Positions 1 through 12,900 of a DNA stretch of 56,140 nucleotides are shown piece by piece. Origin of the DNA: a virus; IMG/VR virus record IMGVR_UViG_3300045988_093457, positions 1-56,140 of that record; one strand, written 5' to 3'. The translations under genes were made by a program, and so were the position numbers. The notes under the pieces were generated by a model. That model ran no database searches, was not told the origin of the DNA, and was given only the letters and a program-made list of their open reading frames with translations. The stretch's first letter is position 1; every line of letters starts with the position of its first letter.

Positions 1-25
1 CGCGCAAGCTGCTGTTGAGGAATAA
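1..25. repeat. Left copy of the 25-bp terminal direct repeat CGCGCAAGCTGCTGTTGAGGAATAA
   Basis: Exact 25/25 identity with 56116-56140, read directly. The integrase gene starts 185 nt inside. Confidence 0.95.
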
Positions 26-209
26 CTGCAAATAGCGATAAATAAGCAAATTAGGCGGCAGGCACGATAAATAAAGGCTTGCCGCCTATTATGTAGGTAA
101 ACATATCGGCACAGAAAATGTGCAGAATGAACGTAAAAGTTTAGAGCGATATTAGAGCTGAAGGTATGGCGGTTAAGAGCGAGTTTAGAATAAAAAAATT
201 AGAAGAGTT

Positions 210-1691
210 ATGGCAACATTTAAGATGTGCGTGCAGAAACGCAGAAAGGACGGCTTCTGGCCGGTGTATATAAGAGTAACGAACAACAGGACAGTGCAGT
301 ACATCAAGACAGACAAGATGATAACAGACCGGCAGCTCACGAAGTCAAAAGAGATAAAAGATCCGCTGGTGATGCAATATTGCTCACAGAAAATACTGAA
401 ATACAACGAGGCTGTCAACAAGATTGATTCAAGAAGATGGACTGCAAAGGACATTGTAACATACTTGCAGGATAAGTCAAACGAAATATCTTTCTCAGAC
501 TATGCGCGTAAATACATAGACAGGATGATAGACAGAGGACAGCAGCGCAACGCACGCAACTACAACCTTGCACTTAGTAATCTGGAACTGTTCTTCAGGT
601 CAAATCAGATAAACTTTTCACAGCTTACATCAAATGTTGTGAACAGGTGGATAGCCACGCTTGCCCAAACACACCGCGCAAAGGAGATGTATCCTATATG
701 CATACGGCAGATATTCAGGACGGCCGTCAATGAGATAAACGACTACGACAACGGCATACTGCGCATAACGACCAACCCGTGGGTGCGTGTAAAGATTCCA
801 AAAGCAGACTGCGCTGAAAAGCTGGCGATAACTCCAGAAGAGTGCCGCGCCTTCTTTGCCTGTCCTCTTCCTGAAAGCCGCATGAAACTGCCGCTGAACG
901 AAATGGCAAAAGATGTTGCAATGCTGGTGCTTTGTCTTGGTGGCATAAACACGGTTGACCTGTATAACATGCAAAGAGATGATTACTATGACGGCATAAT
1001 ACACTACCATAGGGCAAAGACGGCTAAATCGCGTGCAGACAACGCATATATGGAGATGCGAGTACCTGAAATACTACTGCCTATCTTTGAGAAATATTCA
1101 AATCCTGATACATCTGACGGACATCTTTTCTCGTTCTATCGTAAAATGACTTCATCTGACAGCTTCTGCGCAAATGTAAACATCGGCATAAAGCAGGTGT
1201 GCAAACTGCTGAACATTCCACGCAACAGGTGGTACAGCGTGTACACTTTCCGGCATACATGGGGCACGGTGGCACAGAACGACTGCGGCGCAAGCATATC
1301 AGAAGTGTCATTCGGGATGAACCACAGCACAGGCAATGCAGTAACGCGCGGCTACATCAAGATAGACTACTCGCCTGCCTGGATCCTGAATGAAAAGGTT
1401 GTTAACTTCATTTTCTTCTCCGATGAACCGTCGGCACGTAATCAGGCAGCCAAACAGACGCGTTTCCGCATTTCGCCCAAATACATGGTCCGTGCCGAAG
1501 GCTATTACAGCGGCAGCAAGGTCGCTGAACTTCAGGATGCCGGATTCAAGAACAAGGACGAGATTATATCTGAAATTGGAAAGCGTCTGCCTTCTTATAT
1601 ACCTCAGCGTGCAATGATTCTTATTAAGATAAAAAATCTCGATACAGAAACAGAAGCTGTTTATCAGCGAATGAAAGGCAAAGGTATTTGA
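210..1691 (+). CDS. int: Tyrosine recombinase / phage integrase (Bacteroidota type) with about 110 aa of C-terminal extension
   Basis: N-terminus MATFKMCVQKRRKDGFWPVYIRV resembles an arm-binding domain. The catalytic region shows YTFRHTWGT (HxxR-type box) and TRGYIKIDY (Tyr). Confidence 0.9.
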   Translation: MATFKMCVQKRRKDGFWPVYIRVTNNRTVQYIKTDKMITDRQLTKSKEIKDPLVMQYCSQKILKYNEAVNKIDSRRWTAKDIVTYLQDKSNEISFSDYARKYIDRMIDRGQQRNARNYNLALSNLELFFRSNQINFSQLTSNVVNRWIATLAQTHRAKEMYPICIRQIFRTAVNEINDYDNGILRITTNPWVRVKIPKADCAEKLAITPEECRAFFACPLPESRMKLPLNEMAKDVAMLVLCLGGINTVDLYNMQRDDYYDGIIHYHRAKTAKSRADNAYMEMRVPEILLPIFEKYSNPDTSDGHLFSFYRKMTSSDSFCANVNIGIKQVCKLLNIPRNRWYSVYTFRHTWGTVAQNDCGASISEVSFGMNHSTGNAVTRGYIKIDYSPAWILNEKVVNFIFFSDEPSARNQAAKQTRFRISPKYMVRAEGYYSGSKVAELQDAGFKNKDEIISEIGKRLPSYIPQRAMILIKIKNLDTETEAVYQRMKGKGI

Positions 1692-1700
1692 TACCTGATT

Positions 1701-1745
1701 GCGCACAAGCATGTATATTCTGTATATGTTTGTGCGCTTTGTTTT
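1701..1745 (+). terminator. Hairpin GCGCACAA...TTGTGCGC followed by TTTGTTTTG, downstream of int
   Basis: 8-bp inverted repeat plus a T-rich tail, read directly. Confidence 0.5.
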
Positions 1746-1774
1746 GTGAGTTAGCCGTTTAGATTAACACACAT

Positions 1775-1812
1775 AAAAAATGCTTGTTATTGACTTTAAT
1801 TAACAACAAGCA
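1775..1812 (-). terminator. Intrinsic terminator for the minus-strand gene 1841-2155
   Basis: TGCTTGTT / AACAAGCA stem, followed on the minus strand by TTTTTT. Confidence 0.55.
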
Positions 1813-1840
1813 CAAAACTAAAGTAGGTGTAAATAGTTTT

Positions 1841-2155
1841 CTATTCCTTTGAACCAGACGATAATGCCAGCAGTCTGTCCTCGATTGTTTTCTTTGCTTC
1901 GATGTTGGCATCAACAGTTGTTGACTGCATCTTAGGCGCAACGTAGTTAGTCAGCTTCTCCATGACGGCTACGCGGTCTTTTGGCTCGAGAGCGGCAATA
2001 TCATTTACAAATAATTCGCTATTGTAATACTTACTTGTAATCTCAGCCAACTTCTCCCTTATGTCTTTGGTAATCTTGTTTGGAGTGCCTTTTACGCGGC
2101 CGCCATATTTCGGCAGACCTTTTGGCCGGCCACATTTTTTCTTTTCCTCTTCCAT
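1841..2155 (-). CDS. Small basic DNA-binding-like protein. It could be a small terminase, an excision factor or a regulator.
   Basis: Start moved to the internal Met (MEEEKKKCGRPKGLPKYGGRVKGTPNK). A TATATTTG -7 box lies upstream on the minus strand at 2190-2197. Confidence 0.5.
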   Translation of the reverse strand: MEEEKKKCGRPKGLPKYGGRVKGTPNKITKDIREKLAEITSKYYNSELFVNDIAALEPKDRVAVMEKLTNYVAPKMQSTTVDANIEAKKTIEDRLLALSSGSKE

Positions 2156-2237
2156 ATAATTATGTGTGTTTAATGTTATCCTTTGAGTGCAAATATAAGG
2201 TATTACTTTCGCATAATAACGATAACTTTTTACAAAC

Positions 2238-2753
2238 ATGGGACTTATAGGAAGTGCATTAGGAGCCGTAGGAAGTATATTCGGCGGCATATCGGCCTCA
2301 AACGCAATGAAGAAGGCCAGAGAAAGAGTTGAACAACAGCAAGAAGAGAATCAGGATTGGTACGATAGACGCTACAACGAGGATGCCACACAGCGTGCCG
2401 ATGCGCAGCGCATACTTACCTTGACTGAGGATAATATAAGAAACCGCAACCGCCAGGCGGCAGGCACACAGGCTGTCATGGGCGGAACTGACGAGAGCAC
2501 GGCAGCGACAAAGGCGGCTAACAGTGCGGCACAGGCAAACGCCACGGCTACGATAGCAACAAATGCGGAGCAGCGCAAGGATGCTATCGAGGGGCAGTAT
2601 AAAGAGCGTGATTCACAGCTCGAGAATCAGCTCGAAAACATGGAGATAAACAAAGCCAATGCTATTGCTCAGGCGACACAAGGCCTTGCGAGTGCTGTCG
2701 GAGACATGGAATTTGGCGATGTAAAGATTGGTAAAACAAAAATACCTCTATAA
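2238..2753 (+). CDS. Gly-rich N-terminus / coiled-coil virion-associated protein (putative ejection or internal protein)
   Basis: MGLIGSALGAVGSIFGGISASNAM hydrophobic Gly-zipper, then an A/Q/N-rich helix. Its stop overlaps the next start (TAATG). Confidence 0.55.
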   Translation: MGLIGSALGAVGSIFGGISASNAMKKARERVEQQQEENQDWYDRRYNEDATQRADAQRILTLTEDNIRNRNRQAAGTQAVMGGTDESTAATKAANSAAQANATATIATNAEQRKDAIEGQYKERDSQLENQLENMEINKANAIAQATQGLASAVGDMEFGDVKIGKTKIPL

Positions 2754-3949
2754 TGACAACACTTGAGAACATATTAGCGAAACCGCAGCCGGCAAAAAAG
2801 GAGCAGCCAACGGCACAGCCTTCGCAGCCACCACAACAACAGGCACAGGCGCCTACGGCTGCATCGGCAACACAACCGACGGCAGCGCCGCAGCCAGTGC
2901 AGCAGACACCGACGGCACAACCTACACAACAGAATACGCCTGCTGCAACAACGGCACAGACACAGACAGCACCAAATATGAACAATGTCTTGCTGTCGAC
3001 GGTAAAGACTGCGACAGATATAGACACCGCGCCTATTACTCCGCAGCCTGAAAAGCCTATGACGTACACAGAGATGTATCAATGGCTCAATCCGTTCACT
3101 CCTATGACTGCAGAAGAACTCGCTGAACAAAGAAAGAAGGAGAAGCGCGAACAGCTATTTGCGTCAATTGGCGACGGCATATCTGCACTGTCCAACTTGT
3201 ACTTTACCACGAAAGGTGCGCCCAATGCGTATGATCCAAGCAAAAGCATGTCTGCCAAAACAAAGGCGCGTTGGGATAAGCTTCGGTCTGATTATGATGC
3301 GCAGCTTAAATCATATATATCCGGTATGATGTCAGCAATGCAAGCTGACGCGAACAAGGATGCATCTTATAGAGACTATTTGGCGAAAATGTACCAAAAC
3401 AAAATTGAAAACAATCTAAAATTGGCTAAGGAAAAGCGCGACCAAGAAATGCACGATTTGAACAAGAAACTTGCGGACAACAAGATAAAGCAAGGCGAGT
3501 ATGACGCGAAAATCAAAGAAATTGAATCTAAGTATGCCGAAGCGGAAAAGAAAGCTGAATTAGCGGCTAAGAAAGCATCAACGGCTGCATCTTATGCTTC
3601 AGCTGAGGCGTCAAGAGCAAGAGCGGAAAAGACAAGGAGCGGCGGATCTTCTTCAGGTAAGAGTAAATCGTCAAAAGATAATGAACTACGTAGCGCATAT
3701 AGATATTGGATGAGCTTAACGCCTGATCAGCAAAAAGACTATCGCGACATGAATAAGAGGTTTACCACTGTAAGAGGAAATAAGGTCAGATATATGGATG
3801 ATGACGAGAAATTTATCAAATATGTTTGGAACCAGCGAAAAGCTTACTTGCGTAATCACGGCAGAGCTGACGAAATCGACGATGATACATCATTTGATGT
3901 GAGCAGATATAAAAGAGGCGGAAATAGGAATGTACCACCATTAAATTAA
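2753..3949 (+). CDS. Low-complexity (Q/P/T/A-rich) plus Lys/Glu coiled-coil virion-associated protein
   Basis: Long ORF translationally coupled to its neighbours, immediately upstream of the giant gene. Confidence 0.55.
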   Translation: MTTLENILAKPQPAKKEQPTAQPSQPPQQQAQAPTAASATQPTAAPQPVQQTPTAQPTQQNTPAATTAQTQTAPNMNNVLLSTVKTATDIDTAPITPQPEKPMTYTEMYQWLNPFTPMTAEELAEQRKKEKREQLFASIGDGISALSNLYFTTKGAPNAYDPSKSMSAKTKARWDKLRSDYDAQLKSYISGMMSAMQADANKDASYRDYLAKMYQNKIENNLKLAKEKRDQEMHDLNKKLADNKIKQGEYDAKIKEIESKYAEAEKKAELAAKKASTAASYASAEASRARAEKTRSGGSSSGKSKSSKDNELRSAYRYWMSLTPDQQKDYRDMNKRFTTVRGNKVRYMDDDEKFIKYVWNQRKAYLRNHGRADEIDDDTSFDVSRYKRGGNRNVPPLN

Positions 3950-3954
3950 ATAAT

Positions 3955-6900
3955 ATGCCTAATAAGATAACATACACTATAACAACATCTGACGGCAAAA
4001 GCCACCAGGTGGACGAGCAGAATATCAACAAGTATGGTATGCAGTCTTACGCTGATGCGTACAAAGGCGCTACTATCCGTATGAGAGACAAAGACGGGGC
4101 AGACTACGACATACCACTGAACCGCTTTACACAAGCAAGAGGCCAGGGTTTGCGCCCATTCAGGTTTGAGCACAGGGGGACTGCGACAAACACTCAGGCC
4201 GGCAGCCATGCACAGCAGGTTGCTGACGAGTACGACGAATCGGTAAGAAGGACACAGCCACGTATGACGGCTGCGCAAAAGGCCAAGATGTCTAACTGGG
4301 CGTCGTCATTCGGCCAAAATGTCGGGCAGGCTACAAGGCAAGCCACACAAGCGCTGAAAAGACAGAATGACGCGCGTAAAGATAATGCGCTGCGTGTGCG
4401 TCGTGAAAACGTAGGTGTAGATGCCGCGCCTTACAAGCTCGGAGAGAACCCGAACGTCGTAGAGACTAGCTCAACATACAACCCACAAAGTGGCAAGGTA
4501 GAGAAAACATATCTCACTGAGGCCGGAAATGAATATGTCGGCCGTGATGTTGCTGATTTGGAGCAGAATATCATTGACGACCAGAAGGCAAGAGAAATGG
4601 ATCCGGTAAACACCACATTACGAGATGCGTATGCTGAACGTGACAGACTGGAGGAATCAATGCGTCAACGTATGAAGGAAATAGACGAAGAGCGTTCTAA
4701 CGTGAATCCTGTTGTGCGAGCTTTTGCAGATTTGACTGAATCAACGCAAGGAGGTCAGGCATACAATCCTTTTGAACGCTATCAGCGTGACGAACAGTAT
4801 AGACAGCTTGAGGCAGCGGCTCGTAAAAATAGGGCAACTATTCAAACGCTTGAAGATAAGCGCGACAATAAGATGAATGACTTTTTCCATAGCATCGCAA
4901 CAACAGCGGCAAATGGTTATACATTCAATGACGGATTGTCTGAAATTAATGATGCCATCGCTCTTCTTGACGCGCGTAAACATATCAATTCAATAAATCG
5001 CAAGCAGACCACAGGTGAGCCGCTGACAGAAGAAGAGCAAGCAGCAGCGTCTGTTCTTGCAGCTGACGCGCTTAATGCTGAGGTGCAAGGTCAATATGCC
5101 GGTGATTATGGAGCATGGGCAAGAGCCGGACAAATGGTGCCTACATCTATTGACTTGATGAAGGATATAATGCTTACACCAGGAGCTGGCGGCGTGGCAA
5201 AAGGTGTTGCCGGAAAGGTTGCAGGCATAGGAACGCGTTTTCTTGCAAAACAAGCCGGAGAAACAGCAGCTAAATCTGCTGCAAAGGCTATAGGCCGTAG
5301 CGTTCTCAAAGGCACAGGCATACTTCTTGGCGCACATACAGCAGGAGCTGTTGTTAGCAACACGGCAGGCATAGGGCGTACAATAGGTGCTATGGGTACT
5401 AATTTAGCTGGTCAGACGGTTAAGGACGCACAAGGCAACTATAAGGTTCAGGACAGCATGGATGTTCTTGACGCATTTGTCGATGCGGAGCGTAACCAGA
5501 TACGCGAAAATGGCTCTGAGATGTTCGGAGAGTTCATCCCTGGCGCCGGAGGTCTTATTAAAAAAGGTCTCGAAAAGATTGGCTTGTCGAAAATATCCAA
5601 TGCCCTTACTAATATTGGCAATAAGCAATGGTATCAGCAGTATAACCGCTTATTGACAGCCGGAGGATATAACGGAATACCGGGTGAAGCCCTTGAAGAA
5701 TATGAGGGCATGGCCTTTGACGCCCTTACAGGCAACGCTGGTGAGACATGGCAGCAGCTTAAAGATCCAAGAACGCATGTTGATATATGGCTCGGTACGG
5801 CTGCAATGAGCGCGCTTCTTGGCGCAGCACCTGTTACTATCCAGGGCGCACATACGGCAATGTATTATCGCTATAAGCACGCTACAGACAAGGCAGACAG
5901 AACGGCCGCATATAGATTTGGCGATAATGAGAAGTGGAATGGTCTTAAAGAAGTCATAGACAACACGCCAAATGAGGACATGGCAAACGCTGTAATGGAC
6001 ATAATGAACGACAGCAGTTTATATCCTGAGCAAAAGACCGCAGCACTTAACTATGTCCGTAATCTGACTAAGATGTGCGGCTACAACATAGGCCAGATGT
6101 CTAATGCCAACGAGGAAAGCGAGGAAAGCAAGGCTGCAAATGAAAGCTATGCTAACGGCTATAACACTGAGAATCCGGAAGAACTCAATCAAATTAAGAA
6201 TAGGTATGAAGTTGCGAGAGAAAAGGCTCTTCAGGCGTTCCCTCAAGAAACACTTGACGAGATTGAGAACGATAATTCACTGCTTGTTCAGTACGTTGAA
6301 GCTCCAACGTTAAGGAAGATTGTAGTTGATTATTTGAATACAAAACAGGCGTATGACGGTATGATACAGCGTGTACGTGACGATATAGACACGCAGGTGC
6401 AGCAGTCTAATGACATGATTGAGAGCCGTATCAACAAGACAACCGGCATGATACAGCCTGCTATGATGAAGGCGCCAGACGAGAACGGCAACGAAAGGCG
6501 TGCTTATGTTATTTCCGGAAATGTCGAAATGTTGGCAGACATGAGTGGAGTTGACCGCGAGAAGTCAGACGGCAGCATACTTGTAAGATATGCAGACACC
6601 GGCGAAATGGAAATGGTCTCTCCTTCTGCAATAATGCGCGTGGATGATGCTATTTCACCTGAGCAAGAGCAACAAGAGGCTGAAACAAACATCACGCAGA
6701 CCTACGCACAGCAGAAGGCAAATGATATAGACGGCAAGGTGGCATTTGCGCAGGGTGATGTATATACGCTTACAGACGAAGCAGGCAAGGTTGCCCAGGT
6801 TACTGTTGTGCCAAACAAAGACGGTATTGTAGACAACGGAGACGGCACTGTTAATGTAGATGCAGGCACCGGTGAAGTTGTAGCCATGCCAAAAGATGCC

Positions 6901-9900
6901 ATACAGATAATGATCGACCGCACTAACAAGAATAAGGTTGTACAGCAAGAAGAGCCGGCGGCTGCCGTAACGTATAATCTTAATGATGATGTGTATGTCC
7001 AGGACGAGAATGGCAACATCGTACATGGCGTGATAACAGGAGATGTGAACGAAGATGGACAGTACGAAGTGCAGACGGACACGCCAGTCAAGAATGTACT
7101 TGTAAATCTCTATACTCCGGACCAGTTTGTCCAGCAGCCACAAGCGACTACTACAGAGCAGCCGGCGGCAGAGCAGGCACCTGCAGAGCAAGCCACGGAA
7201 CAGCAACCTTCAGCAGAACAACAGCCTGCGAATGAACAGCAAGTGGAGCAAACACAAGCAGAAGCAGCACAAGAAGAGCAAAAGCCGGTCATACCTACAG
7301 ACGAGAAAGGCAATACGCTGTATCACCAGGTGCCGGTTGAGACGACGATAAATGACTTGTACGACGGCAAACTTGATGATAACGAGATAAGAGACTTTGT
7401 TGACGCGAATATAAACGAGGCTGACAAGAACCTTGAAAAGGTAAACAAGAAAGCGCCGAAGATAGGCACAAATAAAGCTGAATATCTGAAGAAGAAGCAG
7501 GAATGGCAGAAGCAAGTTGAGGATGCAACACGTATTCGCGACTACTGGAATAGTGTCAAAAATTATATTGCACAGCAGACACACACAACTCCGGAAGAGG
7601 TCAAGGCAGCACAAGACGAGCTTAGCGGCGAGGCTGCAAGGCGTGAATATCAGGATATGGGCGGAAGCGTGCAGCAGGATGCTGTCAGCGTGGCATCTGA
7701 CTTTATCCGCGGTGCGAAGATTACACCGGAGAGCTTCAAGGCAGAAACCGGTTATGGCACTGACGAACAGCGTAAGTTTGTCGGCATGATTGCAAAGGCT
7801 GAAAATGGCGGCAAGACTATTGACAGGCTTGCAGAGGAACTTGTAAGCTATGATAATGCCGAGATGAACGGCGTGCTGTTTGGCGGTGATACATCATCGG
7901 CCAAGGATGCCATATTGTCAGCATTGCAGGGTGCCGGCACGCGTGGAGAGCTGAAACAGACCAACGAGGCCGAAGAGCAGGCTTATATAGATGCGCGTAA
8001 TGCTGCACGTGATGCACAATACATGGAGCAATACGGCATGACATACGAAGAGTATCTGGCCTATGAAGAGCAGATAATGCCTACTATATGGCGAGAGTAC
8101 AACAATTATGATGAAACGGCGTTTAATAATATGTACGCCGAAGAAATTGAACAACTTATAAAATCAAGAGAAAATGACACCACAGGAGAAGAGCAAGCAG
8201 ATGATAGAGGCAATCAAGTATTGTCTGAGCAACAAGTTACTGAGCAACGAGGAAGTGAAGGCGGCACAGAGCCAGGAACAGAAGTACAAGCTGGCGTGCA
8301 AAGCAATAATGAAAATGAAGCTGCACCAGAAGAAGCAAGCGGAGAAAGAATACCAAACATTGAGCGAGGAAGACAAGGATACACTGGCTATATTGCAAGA
8401 CGACAGCAAAACAATCTGGAAACGTCCGAAGAGATAAATGTACCATTATCTCAAAATGAGCAAGATGAATACGGCAACCCAATGGTGCTTGCCGAAAATG
8501 GTTCAACTGTTTTTGGGACTATAGAATCGGAAAGCGGTCTGACTGAAGCACCAATCAAACTAAGTCTTGGTGAAAATAAAGTTGGTACCGATGGCAAAAA
8601 TCATGGATATGGATTATTGCATATAGAAGCAGGCCATGGAGAACAAATCAGGAATGCCGGTTATCAGTCTGTAGAACAATTTGTTGAAAATGTAGCCCAA
8701 AATTATACAGACATTAAAGAAGGAGCATTAATAGGTAAGAAGCAAACCTATCTGCTTGAAGTATCTGACGAGCATAACAATACGCTATTTATACAACTGT
8801 CAAATGACGGTACTTATTGGAACGTAAACAGCGCGGGCATCTTCAAGAAAAAATACTCGCGCCGTAAACCATTAATATATACCGTACCCGCAGTAGGAAA
8901 AAGTACTGTCACCGATACTTCCGAAGTTAATAGCGGCCAATCCATGGGTGCAACCGCGCCAGCGGGAAACTCTTCTGAAAGCAAAGATAGTGATAAATCG
9001 GCAGTTGCGCAAACAATTGACGAGAAAATTGCGAAAGCGGAGGAAGAAACTGATGTAAATCCGACCGAAGGACAGAAGGAAGCAGGCAACTACAAGAAGG
9101 GACACGTGAGAATTGACGGCTACGATATAACTATCGAGCAGCCAAAAGGCAGCGTGCGCCGTGGCACAGATGCTGACGGCAAGCAGTGGGAACAGACGAT
9201 GAATAACACTTATGGCTATATCCGCGGCACAGAAGGCGTGGACGGAGACCATATCGACATATTCTTATCTGATAATCCTACTGAAGGCAACGTATATGTT
9301 GTGGACCAGGTGAACCCTGACGGCAGCTTTGATGAACACAAGGTGATGTATGGCTTTCAAAGCGCAGACGATGCACGTGCGGCCTATCTGTCTAACTACG
9401 AAGAAGGCTGGAAAGGTCTTGGCACTATCACCGAAGTCAGCAAAGACGAGTTCAAAAAGTGGGTAAACAGTAGCCATAGAAAGACAAAGCCGTTCTCTGA
9501 ATATAAGTCTGTTAATGCTATTGGAGCGCAAAATGAAGAAAGAGTAGACAATACAGATATTACTCCGGGCGATTTGCTAAGGGCTTATGAATCAGGGGAC
9601 ACAAAGGCCATAGAGGCTGCAGAAAGCCGCATGCGTACATTTATAGAAAGTTCTGACGATATGAAAGCTGTTGCCGCAACCTATTTCAGAAGCAAGGACA
9701 ACTCAAGGAAATACAAAAAAGATGTTTCTTCAGGTACTTATAGGACACAATCTTTCATCGCAGAAGCATGCAAGAATGCTTTGCTGAAGGCAGGAATCCC
9801 TAAAGAGGCATTTATGGGCGAAAGAAAACGTACTGATTTTGCAAGAAATACATCTGATGCACGGGTTCTTGACGTGATGTCCGCTGATCCGTCTTTTGAT

Positions 9901-12900
9901 GTCCTACGAGCTGTCTTAAACAATCCGAATACATCCAATTCTACCCTACAGCTAATTGCTGACCATACACAATACAGCTACTTGGCTGACGATGCAAGGC
10001 GCATACTTGCAGAAAGAGACGGCGGCGTGCGACAGATGCTCGGAGAAACCGGAGAAAAATCTTTGTCAGCAGAGGAGACGGCCATCCGTGACGCTGTTAT
10101 TGATAGGCTGCGCAAGTCAGGCTTTGATGTGATAACTGACACAGAAGAAGGGCAAAGGGTGCTTGACGAGGCGAACGGAAGAGGGGTACGCGTAAGGATG
10201 CAGGCCATGCTTGACGGCTTGACGAAAGCGGCAAACACGATACACAGTTGGATTAAAGGCAATAAGCGCGACCGTGTTTTCACAATAGAACTTCCTGAAA
10301 GTACTCAGCGGAAAATAAAGGAGGTCATGGGGCGTGACTTTGACAGTCATAACATAACAGCAAACGGCATAGCGCACGCATTGAAAAACCACGGCATAAA
10401 AGGTAACAAACTGAATAAGAACAGCATACCCTTACGTGAGGAGGACGCGGAACTTATACCATATATAATGACTGCACCCGATTATGTGAAGAAAGCATCT
10501 ACGGACATAAGTGGTCGCGAATCGTTACGTTTCTACAAGGAATTAAGCAACGGCTATGTTGTCGTGGTTGAAAAAGAATACAAAAACAGCCCAAATGATA
10601 TGGAAACCATAACCATGTGGGCTGAAACGTCATCTGAGGCTACCAATGCCCGGCATAAAGCCGTCCCTGATACACACGTCCCAAACGCTATCCTCAGCAC
10701 CGACGCTGCAAAGATACGAAAAGACGCCGAGACTGCAATAGAAAACGACGAGAAAATTCGCGAGCACCGTGTCTATCACGGCAGTGCCGCTGACTTTGAG
10801 GCGTTCGACCACAGCCACATGGGTGAAGGTGAAGGTGCACAGGCATACGGTTGGGGCAGCTACGTGACGGAAGTTGAAGGAATAGGAAGGATGTATGCGG
10901 AAAGAATGGCAGCCGGTGCCCATTCTTTCGCCTCGACAAAATTTCCTTTTACCGTTGAACATGAAAGCCGCGATTACTTAAAAAGAGCTTTCACTGACAA
11001 GCGGATTCGCAACTTTGAAAAAGCAAGGGAAAAGGCTATCAAAGATTGTAATTCTGCATTATCCAAAGCGAAAAAACATAAGGATGATGTATTCGCTTCT
11101 TTTTATAAGAAGTGTTTACAACGTATCACGACAATTTCAGAAGATGAATATAACAACCCTCAATACCGTCATCTCTACACCGTAGAAATTCCCGACGACA
11201 CGGGAGAGAACTACTTGGATTGGTCTAATGAAATATCAGAAGAGCAGAAGAATGATATCTTAAATAGTTTATCAAAACTTAAAAATGAAGCATTTGACTA
11301 TGATTATTTTGCAGAAAAGCTTGAAGATTATGAGGATAATTACAATCTGACAGGCGAAGGACTGTATAAGTTGCTGTCACGTTATGGCTTTGACAATAAT
11401 TACAAAGCCGCATCAGAAGCATTGAATGATATCGGTTTTACAGGTATCTCCTACCCCGCGGAGTACAGAAGCGGAGGCCGTGAGGACGGTGCAAGGAACT
11501 ACGTAATCTTCAACGAGGAAGACCTGAAGATAACGGACCACGTGCACTTTTTCCGTACTCCTAACGGCGAGACCTACGGGTTCACCGTCGGCGGTAGGAT
11601 TTACGTAGACCCGAGAGTGGCGACTGCCGACACGCCGATACACGAGTACGCACACCTGTGGGCAAGCGCGTTGAGACAGGGCAACCCGGAAGAGTGGCGT
11701 AATGTTGTAGGACTGATGAAGGGCACGCCCGTATGGGACGAGGTAAGGCGCAGATACCCTAAACTGACTGCGGACGATGATATAGCCGACGAGGTGCTTG
11801 CGACGTATTCGGGACGGCGCGGTGCGGAACGCCTGAAAGCGGAGACGCGCAAGGCCGTTGATGGCAAGGGCGTATTTGAGGCCGCCCAAGCCGTGACGGC
11901 CATGGAACGCGTAAAAGAGGCACTGCGCAAGTTCTGGAAGGGCGTGGCGGACTTCCTGCACATACACTATACGAGCGCGGAGGAAGTGGCCGACAGGGTG
12001 ATGAGCGACTTGCTGGAAGGCAGAACGCTAAAGGATTCAAAAGAACACGACGATACCGCTAATTTCGCAAAGAAGCACAACCTGAACGAAAAAGACGTGG
12101 AGGACTACGCCGACTATATACGGCGTGGAAACCTAAACGGAGCATCGCGCGCATTCAAAGAGATAAGAAGGAAAGTTCGTCTTGACAATCAGGGAGCAAG
12201 TCTTGGGCAATTTGCGAAAATATTCTCACCGATAGAAAAGGAACTTTACGAGCGGTTTGGCAACATTGATGAATTACGTCAACAATACGTCCAAAGGACT
12301 TTGGATGAGCGCAACGCAATGGAAGCGGCCCGCAAAAAAGCCGAGGAGGAAGCTGAGGCAGAACGCCGTCGTCTGCAAGAGTTTCAGAACATGAGCAGCG
12401 AGCAGCTTGACGCTGAATACATGAAGGCCGTGGAGGCAAACGATGAAATCCGAATGCGCAATCTTGTAAATGAGGCGGCACGCCGCAACGGCTACGGTGA
12501 CGTAGGCAGCGAATACCAAGGTGTTGGCGCATGGAGCGCACCGAGCAATCCCGGCTATGAAAGCGACGAGGAACGACGGGCGGCGGTAGAAAACGATGCG
12601 CCGGATGTAAATATTACCGACATCGCGAACGGATATTCACAGCAACCAAGTGATTATTTCACCAACCTGCGTGCTTATGGTACGGACACAGCACACGGCC
12701 GTGAGAGTGCAGAGGCCATAAACAAGGCCATTGACGAGGTAAGGAACGGCAAAGACCCGATGGTGAAAGTTTACCGTGCCGTGCCTAAGTCAGTAAAGGA
12801 AGGCAAGTTGCGTAATGGCGACTGGGTAACTCCAAGCAGGAAATATGCAGAAATGCACGGCGACAACAGGCTGGAAGGAGATTACCGCATAATAGAGCAG

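Noticed and set aside
2800-2990. Repetitive CAG/CAA/GCA/ACA-rich DNA, checked as a possible tandem repeat or CRISPR-like array (also at 7130-7290)
   Set aside because: There is no fixed repeat unit or spacer structure. It simply encodes Q/P/T/A-rich low-complexity protein segments in frame.
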